Virus record (IMG/VR): IMGVR_UViG_3300006930_000015
Span: 1 to 44,526 of that record
DNA: 44,526 nucleotides
Source of the DNA: a virus
Taxonomy: Duplodnaviria > Caudoviricetes
Reading direction: 5' to 3' (one strand)
Part shown: piece by piece, positions 10,591 through 20,294 of the stretch
Numbering within the stretch: the first letter of the stretch is position 1
How the letters are laid out: each line of letters starts with the position of its first letter
Position numbers and translations under genes: made by a program
The notes under the pieces: model-generated
Seen by the model: only the letters and a program-made list of their open reading frames with translations
Database searches by the model: none
Told to the model about the DNA's origin: nothing

Positions 10591-11295
10591 ATGAATAACG
10601 CTCCACAAGTACAATCACTCGCAGATGTCATGGCGCAATTAGACCCTGCATATAGTGCGCAACGAGGTCTTATACAACAACAACAAGCTGGATTGGGTAC
10701 TAAGTATGCTACACAGCAAGCTGGATTAGACGCCACTAAAACACAATCATTTAATAAGATTAACACACAAGCCACTGGTCGTGGTTTATCTTTTAGTGGT
10801 ATCCCATTAGATGAACAAGCTAATTATTTAAGTACGGCATATCTTCCAGCAGTAGCAAACCTAAAAGCAAGTCAAAATACAGAAAGTTCTGAACTAAGTA
10901 AACAATTAGCTGATTTATATTCAAACCAATATACAAGTGCTTTCAACACAAGGAACTCTCAACAAAGTGCACTTGACCAATGGAACTTACAACGTATGCA
11001 ACAAGAATATTCTGCTGCCGAAGCTGAAAAAGAACGACAATTTAATGCTGCACAAAACGCTGCTAGTATGGCAGCATCTGCTAGTAGTCAATATCAACCA
11101 TTACAAGATGCACTAAATGAACTTGGTACGTCATATAGTAATGCTGGCAAGAAACAACAGTTTAATACATATAATGAAAAAGGTGAATTGACTGGTAGTA
11201 GGACTCGTGAACAGGCTGCATATGCACTTGCTTCAGCTACTGGCTTAACTTATGAAGAAGCATTAAACGCAATTTATGGTAAATTTAAGGGGTAA
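10591..11295 (+). CDS. internal virion / DNA ejection protein
   Basis: Gln/Ala-rich helical protein preceding the large internal protein, a typical podovirus layout. Confidence 0.6.
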   Translation: MNNAPQVQSLADVMAQLDPAYSAQRGLIQQQQAGLGTKYATQQAGLDATKTQSFNKINTQATGRGLSFSGIPLDEQANYLSTAYLPAVANLKASQNTESSELSKQLADLYSNQYTSAFNTRNSQQSALDQWNLQRMQQEYSAAEAEKERQFNAAQNAASMAASASSQYQPLQDALNELGTSYSNAGKKQQFNTYNEKGELTGSRTREQAAYALASATGLTYEEALNAIYGKFKG

Positions 11296-11298
11296 ATA

Positions 11299-14200
11299 AT
11301 GGCTAAGAAAAAATCTGTACTTGACTATATGAAGTCATACGACCAAAATGCTAGAAAAGCTAGTGATGAGGTAGCGTTTAGTAGTCCGTCTACTAGTAAA
11401 AAAGCAGAAACAGTTAAAAAGAGTAAAAGTTTTTGGGAGGGTCTAGCCGAAGGTGCTGGTGATGTAGTTGAAGGTATCGGTGAAGGTTTATGGAAAGGTG
11501 GAGCTCAAGCAGTAGGTAGTCTAGCATCGGCTGGCTCTTCGCTTATTACTGGAGATAAAGAGAATGCTGTCACTAAAGAATCGAAGAAATGGCAACAAGC
11601 TGCCGAGGATTGGGGCAATAAAGTTAATGCTAACGATGTTGGTGAGTTTATTGGTAATCTACCTGGTGGTATAGTAAGTGGCGTAACTGATGAAGCTTCA
11701 AACCTTATACGTGGTGCACGTAATACTCCTGAGATGATTGCTGCTAATATTGCTGCTGGTAGTGGTGATAAATATGTTCGCCAAGAAGGTGTTAAAAAGC
11801 AAAAAGAAATACAGAAGAAAATGTATGGTGAAGATGTTGCCAATCGTGGTGACGCTGCTATGGCTTTATCTCAAGGCGCTGATACGTTAGGTGGAATAGT
11901 AGATATTGCTACTGGTGGTGTTGGTGGAAAAGCTATAAAAGAGGGTGCAAAACAAGTTGCTAAAACTGCAGCTAAAAGTGGTGCTATTAACGTTGCTACT
12001 GGCGTACCTATATCTGCAATGCAACAACTATCTCAAGGTCAAGAAGTTAATGCTGGCACGTTAGCTAAAGACGCATTGATACAAGGTGCTACTGGTGCTT
12101 TATTAGGTGGAGTATCTAAAGCTAGTGCTGTTAAAAAAGCAAATAAAGTTATTGATGAAACCCCAACTACAAAAACTACTCCAAGTCAGGGAGTAATACC
12201 AGAATCTAACAGATTAACTACTGGCGAGATACAAGGAACATTACCAGAAGGTCAACGAGTATTTAATACCGCAGATGACATCAGTAAAGAACTGAATGAA
12301 GTCCAAACTGGTACTGGTAGATATGCAGAAGCTACTCCAGAAGAAAGAACTGCAAAGTTTAAGGAGCTAAGAACTAACCTTGATATAGCTAATAAACAAG
12401 AAGCTAGAACAGATTTCACAACTCCTAGTAGAACATTTGATGAGACTAGTAGAGAATTAGATTCAGTTGGTGCTGGTGGAGTTGCTCCTGAGGCAGTTAT
12501 TCAAAGAAAAGATTATACTGATATTACTGAAATACCTAAAGAACAGAATATGCCAGCTGGTATAAAGGAAAGGTCGTTAGTATTACAGGACGGTCTTAGT
12601 AGAATACAAGAACAAAAGGCTTCTTTAATGACCGAAGATAGGTCTAATATGATTCTTGACGATATGGATAAAGTGTTTAATGAAAACATGGACCGTATTA
12701 ATAGTATGCCAGAACCAAGGCGTACTGTAGAGGCTGAGAAGCTCCAAAACGATTATAATAATGAGTATGATAAAATACAACAACAAAAAGAGAGTGATGC
12801 TCCAAAGGCTTTCCAATTACAACGATTAGAAGAGCAACTTAATGCTAACTCTCAACAGTTATTGTTTGACGCTAATACCATTAAGAATAACAATCCTACT
12901 GAATTTGGTGAAATTGACCAAGAGCTTAATGATAAAATATCTCAGGAGATAGAACAAGAGGCTGAAACAGCTTTGTTTAATCGTATGTCTAAACAAGACG
13001 GTATTCCTGAATCAGAGAATGTCAGTAAGGCTTGGTTAGGTGCTACTGATGAGAAGATAGATGCTGGATTAGAATCTAAAGAAGTTGGTGACTTAACTGC
13101 TGAATCTCTAAAGGATACTTTTGAAGATGAACTAAATAAGGAATTGACTAGTAATCTAAAAGTAAAAGCATTAGACTCGCTTAAGACAAGTCTTGAAATG
13201 TCGTCATCATCTCACAATCTTGTTAAGATATTTGGTGACGCTGGTAAAAAAGTATTTGGTAGGATAGTCAAGGGTTACGCACGTATGAATGAAGCTAACT
13301 CGGCAGACTCTAAAATACTTACGTCTATTAAGAAATCATTAGGTGGCTCTAAAGAACTATACTCTAAAGCAGTAGATATTCTTGAAGGTAAAGACGTTGA
13401 TTTGTCTGGATTAACCGATAAACAAAAAGCTGGAATAGACACCGTAGTCAAATTACGAGATAAATATACTCGTATGGTTAGAGTGGCTGCGTATAAAGAT
13501 GCTGAACATTCATTCAAATCTAGGCTAGCTGATGGCAATGTTAAATACACTGCAGATGAGATAAAACAGTTGGCTGAACGAGACAACACTACTATTAAAG
13601 AAGCTAAAGATAAGTATGGTAATATAACTAAGTTTGCTGATAATGATATAGATTTTCTATCTACTAACCACGCTAAAAATTCTACTATAGAAAATTATTA
13701 CCCTCACATGTTTGACGAAAAAGGTAAAGAAGTAGTTAATAAAGATAATGAATATGTTACATCTAGTGGTAATGTCAAGTTCGGAAATATGTTGCATCGT
13801 ATGTCAGAAGGCGATAACTATAGTAGAGATATTATAGATGTATTCGCCAATTATGCTGCTGGATTAAATAAGAAAATATACCTTGAACCTTCATTACGTG
13901 AATTAGATAACGCTAAATGGGTTATTAAAGCTGCTGATGCTCAATCAAAACCAGTATGGGATTGGGTTGACAAATATCAAGCTCAACTTAAATACAATAA
14001 ACCGAGTGAATTAGCTAAAAGTTTCAATGAAGTTGTTGATAGAACTATTGCTAAAATGAGTCCAAATAGTAAAAGAATTGGTCAGAATCACTATAGGCAA
14101 ATACTATCTACACAACGTCAAGTTAACTCATTAGCATCACTTGGTTTAAGCTTTAGAAACGGTATACAGCAATTTTCTCAACTTGGTACTGCTATTGGCG

Positions 14201-15501
14201 AACTAGGAACTAAAGATGTATTAGCTGGCTCTGCTAGGTATTTATCACAGAAGTTGAATCCATCTACAAGTAAAGCATATAGTTCTATAATGGAAGAGCG
14301 TGGTATTCATAATGCTGGTATTGCTAAAGAAGCATACTCTGAATTAGGATTAAATGCCCTACAAAGTTCAACAAAAAATGTAGGAGACAAAATATCTAGT
14401 GGCTTAATGTTTATGAGTAGTAAGATGGATGAATTTGCTCGTGGTTCTACTTATGAGGCTTCACTTATAAGCAATCTAAAGAAAGGTTTATCACGAGATG
14501 ACGCCGAGTCTGCTGCTACAGCTGATGCTGCTAGGCTAAACTTCTTAACATCTAAAGTTGATATGCCAATTAAACTTAATAGTGATGGTGTACGTTCGTT
14601 AGCTCAGTTTATGACGTTCTCTTATAAACAAGCAGAAGCATGGAAAGATTTAGGACTAAAACCCATCCAAGATGTTAAATCTGGTAATTATAGGTTAGCT
14701 GCAAAAGATATGAGTAGATTGCTACAAATGGTAGCATTTTATGGTGTAGCATTTGAAGGTATGTCACAGATAGCTGGAATTGACCCAGAAGATAACATCC
14801 CATTTTGGGGAAATATAGTTGGTGACAGTGGACTACCAAGGTCTCCATTAATTAGTACTTTATTTGGTAACAACAGTGGAACATCTCCAGGAATTATAGA
14901 TATTGTAAATGGTATTGTCAAGCCAGAAGGTGACTCTAGCTTCGAAAAAGAAGAGAACCGAAATGATATGTATAATAAACTTGGTGATTTAATTGTCAAG
15001 AACTTTATACCTGCTGGTGGACAAATAAGCAAATCTATTTCTGGTGCTCAATCAACTGAAAATGATGGTGTAGTTAGTAAAGACGGTAAAGTAAAGTTTA
15101 TCCAAAACACTGACGAATCATCTAAAATGAAGGCTACATTATTTGGACAGTATTCAACAGAAGCTGGAAAAGAATGGATTAACAAAAAGTTCCCAACTTT
15201 ATCAGAAAAACAAAGTGAAATACTAAACAAACAAAAAACAGCTGAGGCAAAACAAAAAGCTTATGACTTTTACTCTGGATTAAAAAATGCACAACTTAAG
15301 AGTTCTGTAACGCCAGATATTAAGGAAATAATTAAGACTGAACCTAATAGGGCGCAAAGGTTAATTAAAGAACATAATGATAAAGTAAAAGAAGCTGAGG
15401 AAGCATATACTGCTAAATACGGTGAATTATCAGATTACGAAAAGAATTATCTGACTAGTAAATATTATATAACAGTAAAAAATATAGAAAACCTTGATTA
15501 G
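11299..15501 (+). CDS. large internal virion (ejectosome) protein
   Basis: 1400 aa; Gly/Ala-rich hydrophobic N-terminal region, coiled coils, C-terminal LAQFMTFSYKQ / IPAGGQISK / LFGQY motifs typical of large podovirus injection proteins. Confidence 0.65.
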   Translation: MAKKKSVLDYMKSYDQNARKASDEVAFSSPSTSKKAETVKKSKSFWEGLAEGAGDVVEGIGEGLWKGGAQAVGSLASAGSSLITGDKENAVTKESKKWQQAAEDWGNKVNANDVGEFIGNLPGGIVSGVTDEASNLIRGARNTPEMIAANIAAGSGDKYVRQEGVKKQKEIQKKMYGEDVANRGDAAMALSQGADTLGGIVDIATGGVGGKAIKEGAKQVAKTAAKSGAINVATGVPISAMQQLSQGQEVNAGTLAKDALIQGATGALLGGVSKASAVKKANKVIDETPTTKTTPSQGVIPESNRLTTGEIQGTLPEGQRVFNTADDISKELNEVQTGTGRYAEATPEERTAKFKELRTNLDIANKQEARTDFTTPSRTFDETSRELDSVGAGGVAPEAVIQRKDYTDITEIPKEQNMPAGIKERSLVLQDGLSRIQEQKASLMTEDRSNMILDDMDKVFNENMDRINSMPEPRRTVEAEKLQNDYNNEYDKIQQQKESDAPKAFQLQRLEEQLNANSQQLLFDANTIKNNNPTEFGEIDQELNDKISQEIEQEAETALFNRMSKQDGIPESENVSKAWLGATDEKIDAGLESKEVGDLTAESLKDTFEDELNKELTSNLKVKALDSLKTSLEMSSSSHNLVKIFGDAGKKVFGRIVKGYARMNEANSADSKILTSIKKSLGGSKELYSKAVDILEGKDVDLSGLTDKQKAGIDTVVKLRDKYTRMVRVAAYKDAEHSFKSRLADGNVKYTADEIKQLAERDNTTIKEAKDKYGNITKFADNDIDFLSTNHAKNSTIENYYPHMFDEKGKEVVNKDNEYVTSSGNVKFGNMLHRMSEGDNYSRDIIDVFANYAAGLNKKIYLEPSLRELDNAKWVIKAADAQSKPVWDWVDKYQAQLKYNKPSELAKSFNEVVDRTIAKMSPNSKRIGQNHYRQILSTQRQVNSLASLGLSFRNGIQQFSQLGTAIGELGTKDVLAGSARYLSQKLNPSTSKAYSSIMEERGIHNAGIAKEAYSELGLNALQSSTKNVGDKISSGLMFMSSKMDEFARGSTYEASLISNLKKGLSRDDAESAATADAARLNFLTSKVDMPIKLNSDGVRSLAQFMTFSYKQAEAWKDLGLKPIQDVKSGNYRLAAKDMSRLLQMVAFYGVAFEGMSQIAGIDPEDNIPFWGNIVGDSGLPRSPLISTLFGNNSGTSPGIIDIVNGIVKPEGDSSFEKEENRNDMYNKLGDLIVKNFIPAGGQISKSISGAQSTENDGVVSKDGKVKFIQNTDESSKMKATLFGQYSTEAGKEWINKKFPTLSEKQSEILNKQKTAEAKQKAYDFYSGLKNAQLKSSVTPDIKEIIKTEPNRAQRLIKEHNDKVKEAEEAYTAKYGELSDYEKNYLTSKYYITVKNIENLD

Positions 15502-15513
15502 GAAAAAACAAAA

Positions 15514-15795
15514 ATGCCAAGACAAACAGAGATTAGTGTAGAAGGTGAGAAGAGGCTCGATGACTTGAATAAAGCATTACTTGACCACTGTAATAGTAAT
15601 GATAAAAACTTTGATGAGTTAAGAGCCTTGTTGCCTTTGGCAGAACTAATAGAACCTATACAAAAGATAGTTAAAAACCAAGAAGCTAATAGTATTGTAG
15701 CTGCTAAATTGGTAAGACTTATTGGAGTGATAGGAGCAACAGCAGCTGCATTTTACGGAGTGTGGCAATTATTAAAAGAGTTCATAGGTAGATAA
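15514..15795 (+). CDS. membrane protein of lysis cassette (holin-like)
   Basis: Coiled coil plus single C-terminal TM helix immediately before endolysin. Confidence 0.5.
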   Translation: MPRQTEISVEGEKRLDDLNKALLDHCNSNDKNFDELRALLPLAELIEPIQKIVKNQEANSIVAAKLVRLIGVIGATAAAFYGVWQLLKEFIGR

Positions 15796-16505
15796 TGAAA
15801 CAATTAAAATATCCAGATTTAGGTATTACATATCGTGGCGGTTGGTGTGAAAAAGGTGTAGAGGAAGCATTTGGCACTACTGGTATTTACACATCAGCCA
15901 TGGTAGCTTGTAGAAATAATATAATACATAATGAAACTCCACCTAGTGGATTATATGTACCAATTTATATAGACTTACCAAACGGTCCATATGATGAAAA
16001 CGGCACACAAGGAGATGTTGCAATATCGTGTCCAGACGGTACTGTTGCAGCTTGCGCATTAGGTGGAGTTAACACAGGATTATATAAATACCCATCACTT
16101 CAAGCATATATAGATGATTATTCACGAGTTAATAATGGAGCAATATATCAAGGTTGGGGTGAATATGCAGGTAATATTAAAGTAGTAGGAGATAATATGG
16201 ACGAACAAAAAGTAAGAGAATCAATCGGGCTATTAATGCTAGCAACACAAGTTGGTGAAAAAGCTGGTGGATACGCTAGTGACGGTCAGGTTGATTATTA
16301 TACAAGGGCTATAATGAAAGACCCATCATCAGGCTTTAAAGAACTAGCTAAAGATTTACTCAAATCTAGTAGTAACGAAGCTATGCGCTGGAAAGCATTT
16401 GATAATACAGCAGGTTATCCAGCACTTGTAAAAAAGGTTAAAGAGTTAGAAGAACAGCCAGCTGGCGAGTTTGTAAAATTGTCAGATATTTATATTAAAA
16501 AATAA
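15795..16505 (+). CDS. endolysin, CHAP/NlpC-P60-like N-terminal domain (atypical)
   Basis: GWC(18)..V..AFG..SA..PP.G..VP..G-D-VAI..Y.GW pattern; flanked by holin-like genes. Confidence 0.6.
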   Translation: MKQLKYPDLGITYRGGWCEKGVEEAFGTTGIYTSAMVACRNNIIHNETPPSGLYVPIYIDLPNGPYDENGTQGDVAISCPDGTVAACALGGVNTGLYKYPSLQAYIDDYSRVNNGAIYQGWGEYAGNIKVVGDNMDEQKVRESIGLLMLATQVGEKAGGYASDGQVDYYTRAIMKDPSSGFKELAKDLLKSSSNEAMRWKAFDNTAGYPALVKKVKELEEQPAGEFVKLSDIYIKK

Positions 16506-16519
16506 TAAGGAGCATTAAT

Positions 16520-16708
16520 ATGCAAAGTAAATTAAAAAGTAAATTACTATGGGCTAGTTTAATAAGTGCCGTAATAACATTCCTTATAGGTAGTGGAATC
16601 ATAACTACCACTTTAGGTGATAACGTAAATGTTATCGTTACTGCTATTTTAACAATATTAACTGCACTTGGTATTTTGAATAACCCAAGCGACCCTGATA
16701 AGTTTTAA
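16520..16708 (+). CDS. holin
   Basis: 62 aa, two TM helices, KLKSKLLW N-terminus and LGILNNP C-terminus like phiLC3-type holins; AAGGAG RBS. Confidence 0.75.
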   Translation: MQSKLKSKLLWASLISAVITFLIGSGIITTTLGDNVNVIVTAILTILTALGILNNPSDPDKF

Positions 16709-16711
16709 GTT

Positions 16712-17107
16712 ATGAAACCAGAGTGTTATCCTACTTTTAGAGGAGTAGCACTTGACCCACATGAAATTTGGCTACCAGATAGTAAACTAGATTTAGATTT
16801 ACCAGAAAACTACTCAAATCACCACAGTGAGTATGTAGCCAAATGGTTCGGTGGTAATGTGTTATACCTAACCTTTAGAAATCTAGATAGACATCAAACC
16901 GTATTACCTAATGATGTACATAGTTACATACATAAGGCTTTCGTAGAACCTCAATATCCCACACCATATCAAGTATATAATGACGTATGTGAGGCTTACG
17001 AGAACTGCGAGAACTTAAGATACGGCTCTGCGAATCATCCTAAATATAAAGACTTAACTTCCGAATTAATGGAAGAGATAGAACTTATATACAAACAACT
17101 TAAATAA
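16712..17107 (+). CDS. hypothetical protein (His-rich, possible HNH-like metal site)
   Basis: NHH...LP..VH..IH pattern; last gene before terminator. Confidence 0.5.
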   Translation: MKPECYPTFRGVALDPHEIWLPDSKLDLDLPENYSNHHSEYVAKWFGGNVLYLTFRNLDRHQTVLPNDVHSYIHKAFVEPQYPTPYQVYNDVCEAYENCENLRYGSANHPKYKDLTSELMEEIELIYKQLK

Positions 17108-17115
17108 TAAAAATA

Positions 17116-17146
17116 CCCCCAGGATTAAGTTCCTGAGGGCTTTTTT
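17116..17146 (+). terminator. terminator between convergent arms
   Basis: CCCCCAGGA-TTAAGT-TCCTGAGGG followed by T6 and preceded by an A-tract, so probably bidirectional. Confidence 0.75.
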
Positions 17147-17219
17147 GTTATCTATGAGTATTTACTCATCTTTTGAATTAAAACGTCACACAGAGGCTCT
17201 GGTGAGCTCACAGAGTGTA

Positions 17220-17486
17220 TTATTTCTCAATACCACTAAGTCTACCTGCAACTAACTTTGCATAACCAGCAATATCACACCAATTATCTGCATAGTTAGG
17301 GTCGCCGTTTAAAATACGACTAATCTTTACAGCAATCATCTCAAGTGCGTCTTGTTGGTCTGTTGCGAGGTCTGAATAGCTTTCGCATAGTTTCATTGTA
17401 TTTTGAATACGCTTACTTATCTGTGTTTGACGTAAATAATTACCGTACCTACTACCACGTTCTTCAAGTATTTTATCTGTATCCAT
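17220..17486 (-). CDS. DUF6378-like phage protein
   Basis: ILEERGSRYG..ALEMIAVKISRILNGD..DNW.DIAGYA motif. Confidence 0.75.
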   Translation of the reverse strand: MDTDKILEERGSRYGNYLRQTQISKRIQNTMKLCESYSDLATDQQDALEMIAVKISRILNGDPNYADNWCDIAGYAKLVAGRLSGIEK

Positions 17487-17920
17487 TAATAACTCCCTTC
17501 TATATAACTGTTATTACCATCTATTATATACACACTAATCCCAAATATTACTGCATAAGCTCCATTATTCGTAGACCCCCATAATTCAGGACACACCCTA
17601 AGGTATTGCATATCATTCATAGTTACATATAACTTGAATGTGTTACTTCTATAATTACTATTTTCCAGTGTTTTTATCGCAGTAAGCACATTTTCTGGAG
17701 TTTTAGCACAAAAATTAATCCTTAGTCTCTTCTCACGTGCATCATAGCAGTACATATTTTGCGCATGCATGTTATGGTTGTGAAAGTTTGTCTTATTAGA
17801 TGTGCACTTATCTTCTTCCTTAAACTTATTTTTTATAAGTTCTTCTGCTATTTTACGATAATCACCATGTAAACTATTTAGTTTTCTTGTCTGCGCTGCC
17901 TTCGGTAAGACGAAACTCAT
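17486..17920 (-). CDS. hypothetical protein
   Basis: Coupled ORF with AAGGAG RBS. Confidence 0.55.
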   Translation of the reverse strand: MSFVLPKAAQTRKLNSLHGDYRKIAEELIKNKFKEEDKCTSNKTNFHNHNMHAQNMYCYDAREKRLRINFCAKTPENVLTAIKTLENSNYRSNTFKLYVTMNDMQYLRVCPELWGSTNNGAYAVIFGISVYIIDGNNSYIEGSY

Positions 17921-18395
17921 GGTTAATCTCCTTCATTGTTTCAGTATTTGTGTGGCTTGCAGCCGCTACCATTGCAATTTTGGATAGATTATCTCTGTCT
18001 TTAGCTGTTATTTCATGTACTTTACGAAGCCCATCAGCAACGCCATCTGCGTAACCTTTTACATAGTTTGCTTCTTCTTCTGAGTCAATATTTTTAGCTC
18101 TATCTGCCAATTCTTTAGACTTCTCTGACTGTATATCTTCATTCTTTGCCAACACAGACTCACGATAATCTAAATCAATCTCTTTCTTCGCCAACTTAAT
18201 ATTAGACGCTTTGTTATCACGTAACACCTTTAATTCTGCATCTTGTAGTTCAATCTTATTATTAAGTTTTATCTCATTAACTTTATATTTACTTACTTGT
18301 GCTTTTAATTCAGATATTTGTTTTTTACTATTATTTTTACCTGTTTCTATTGCTCCAGCAATTGCTTTATCGTAATCTTTTTTAATTATAAACAT
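17874..18395 (-). CDS. coiled-coil hypothetical protein
   Basis: Heptad-rich; GYADGVADG motif; coupled to upstream gene. Confidence 0.6.
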   Translation of the reverse strand: MFIIKKDYDKAIAGAIETGKNNSKKQISELKAQVSKYKVNEIKLNNKIELQDAELKVLRDNKASNIKLAKKEIDLDYRESVLAKNEDIQSEKSKELADRAKNIDSEEEANYVKGYADGVADGLRKVHEITAKDRDNLSKIAMVAAASHTNTETMKEINHEFRLTEGSADKKTK

Positions 18396-19429
18396 TATTT
18401 TAACTCCTCTAACATTCCTTGTTTTATTAAATCTTCTATTTCATCTGTATCGTCTACTGTCATAGTCTTAAATCCACCTATAAACAATCCATTACCTATA
18501 TATAAATCATACTCTGTAGTATTGGTGACTCTTTTAAGTTTTGGCATTTCACCTGGTTCACCAAATAATACTGCATAATCTGTTTGTGGTGGTTTATACA
18601 TTCTAGATAATATATCGTCTACTACCTTATCATAATCTGCGTTTTTAAGTGGTACTATAACTGCATTATCTTTATTGATTCCCATTTCAGGTAATATCTC
18701 AATATCTGTGACTATAAGTTTAGAATATTGCATACCCTCAACCATACTATATCCAAATGATTCGTGGTCTGATAGTTGTACCAAGAAATCTGACTCACGT
18801 ATTTTATCTATGGCATTGATAGTAGGTTTCTGTACAGTAAAGCTTTTATTCTTTAATATAGGAAAATCAGTATATACATCCCACTGATAATCTATGCCAC
18901 GTTTGTTAAGTGCCTCTGAGAGCTTCTGAGAGCGTCTCCAGCCCTTGTCTCGTGCAGAACGTGATAATGACACTAACTTTAGCTTTTGAGGCGGTACAGG
19001 GTTATATACACGCTCAACTTCAAGTCCTGGACACCATTTCTTCATTTTATTCTTAGTGTAGTCACTAACTGCAATAACTTTATCAAAGTCTTTATATCCA
19101 TCTACTTTACGTGGGTGACTTCCATGACCGTCACCTGGATGAATAAACAAGTATTTTTTATCAGCTTCTGTATCATATAGATTGAAATAATCAAACGCCC
19201 ATAAACCAATATCAACCTTAACTTTATCGCCTGGATTTATACCAACCAACTTAACTAAACTAGCTAACCTATCGTATGAACCTTTAGGTACGTTACAAGC
19301 CTTATATTCACCATCTCTATGATAAATAGTAATGTCATACTTACTCGCGTATTCCTTACAGATGTTAAGTATCCAAGTCTCTGTTCCACCCATCTTAAAA
19401 GGATTTTCAAAGAATATACCAATCTTCAT
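18395..19429 (-). CDS. glycosyltransferase, GT-B fold (GT4-like)
   Basis: MKI...GGTET, IAVSD, VYNP, SR..DKG, VQLSDHESFGYSMVEGM (EX7E) motifs. Confidence 0.85.
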   Translation of the reverse strand: MKIGIFFENPFKMGGTETWILNICKEYASKYDITIYHRDGEYKACNVPKGSYDRLASLVKLVGINPGDKVKVDIGLWAFDYFNLYDTEADKKYLFIHPGDGHGSHPRKVDGYKDFDKVIAVSDYTKNKMKKWCPGLEVERVYNPVPPQKLKLVSLSRSARDKGWRRSQKLSEALNKRGIDYQWDVYTDFPILKNKSFTVQKPTINAIDKIRESDFLVQLSDHESFGYSMVEGMQYSKLIVTDIEILPEMGINKDNAVIVPLKNADYDKVVDDILSRMYKPPQTDYAVLFGEPGEMPKLKRVTNTTEYDLYIGNGLFIGGFKTMTVDDTDEIEDLIKQGMLEELK

Positions 19430-19989
19430 TATTTCCTCCTAATAACGAATTGCTCTCCGTCAGATGTAGTTCCCCATGAGTACTTTTCAGAGTCTAATGT
19501 GTTACTAAAGGCATTAACTGCATCAAACAACCAAGGTATTTCTTTATAATCATCAATTACCATAACACCTTTATCGTTAAGTAGTTCGATAGCCATTGCC
19601 ATATCTTGAGTTGCTGGTAGTTTTCTATGGTCACCATCTACAAAGATAAAATCAAACAAATAGTTATCTACTATCATTTGAGCTAATGTGTTAAATGATT
19701 TACCCTTGTGTTTGGTAACTCTAGCTTTATACGGTTTAATATTATTATCAAAACGTTTCTCATACTCATCCACATATCCATCCCAATCTTCAGCTTTATC
19801 AGCTTCGAAAATATCAGATACGTCAAGTAGTGAATCTGGGAATTTATCTAGTATAAATACCGATGCTTGACCTTCATAACAGCCAATTTCTAATGCATTT
19901 TCAATATTCAAACCTTCTAATAACTTATCCCAAGTTTTGCCACCACGTTCAGCAAACCATGTATTTGTATATTGTTTTTTACTTGCCAT
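19429..19989 (-). CDS. class I SAM-dependent methyltransferase (Methyltransf_24-like)
   Basis: LEIGCYEGQAS, FDFIFVDGDH, GVMVIDDY motifs. Confidence 0.85.
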   Translation of the reverse strand: MASKKQYTNTWFAERGGKTWDKLLEGLNIENALEIGCYEGQASVFILDKFPDSLLDVSDIFEADKAEDWDGYVDEYEKRFDNNIKPYKARVTKHKGKSFNTLAQMIVDNYLFDFIFVDGDHRKLPATQDMAMAIELLNDKGVMVIDDYKEIPWLFDAVNAFSNTLDSEKYSWGTTSDGEQFVIRRK

Positions 19990-19991
19990 TA

Positions 19992-20294
19992 TTATTTCTC
20001 CTCATAAAATTGTCTTACTAGTTTGTTTATATATGATTCTGTAGGCTTTCTTTCACCCATAGGGTCAAACGAGAATAGCACACTAGTAAACTTAATGCTA
20101 ACCATACCATTATTCGTGATGAAACGCCCGAACTCACCTTTACTTTTTCCTCCACCCCAAGATGTCCCTTTGTATACAATATATTCTAACTTATTATTAC
20201 TACGTGTAGCCCTAATGCATACATCTCCTGGGCGTATCTCTTGACCATGTGAGTCATATCTTGCAAACCTAGAACTCATAGTGAGGGTCACCAA
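19992..20294 (-). CDS. hypothetical protein (true start probably the second Met)
   Basis: D..GQEIRPGD SH3-like start; packed in operon. Confidence 0.55.
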   Translation of the reverse strand: MVTLTMSSRFARYDSHGQEIRPGDVCIRATRSNNKLEYIVYKGTSWGGGKSKGEFGRFITNNGMVSIKFTSVLFSFDPMGERKPTESYINKLVRQFYEEK

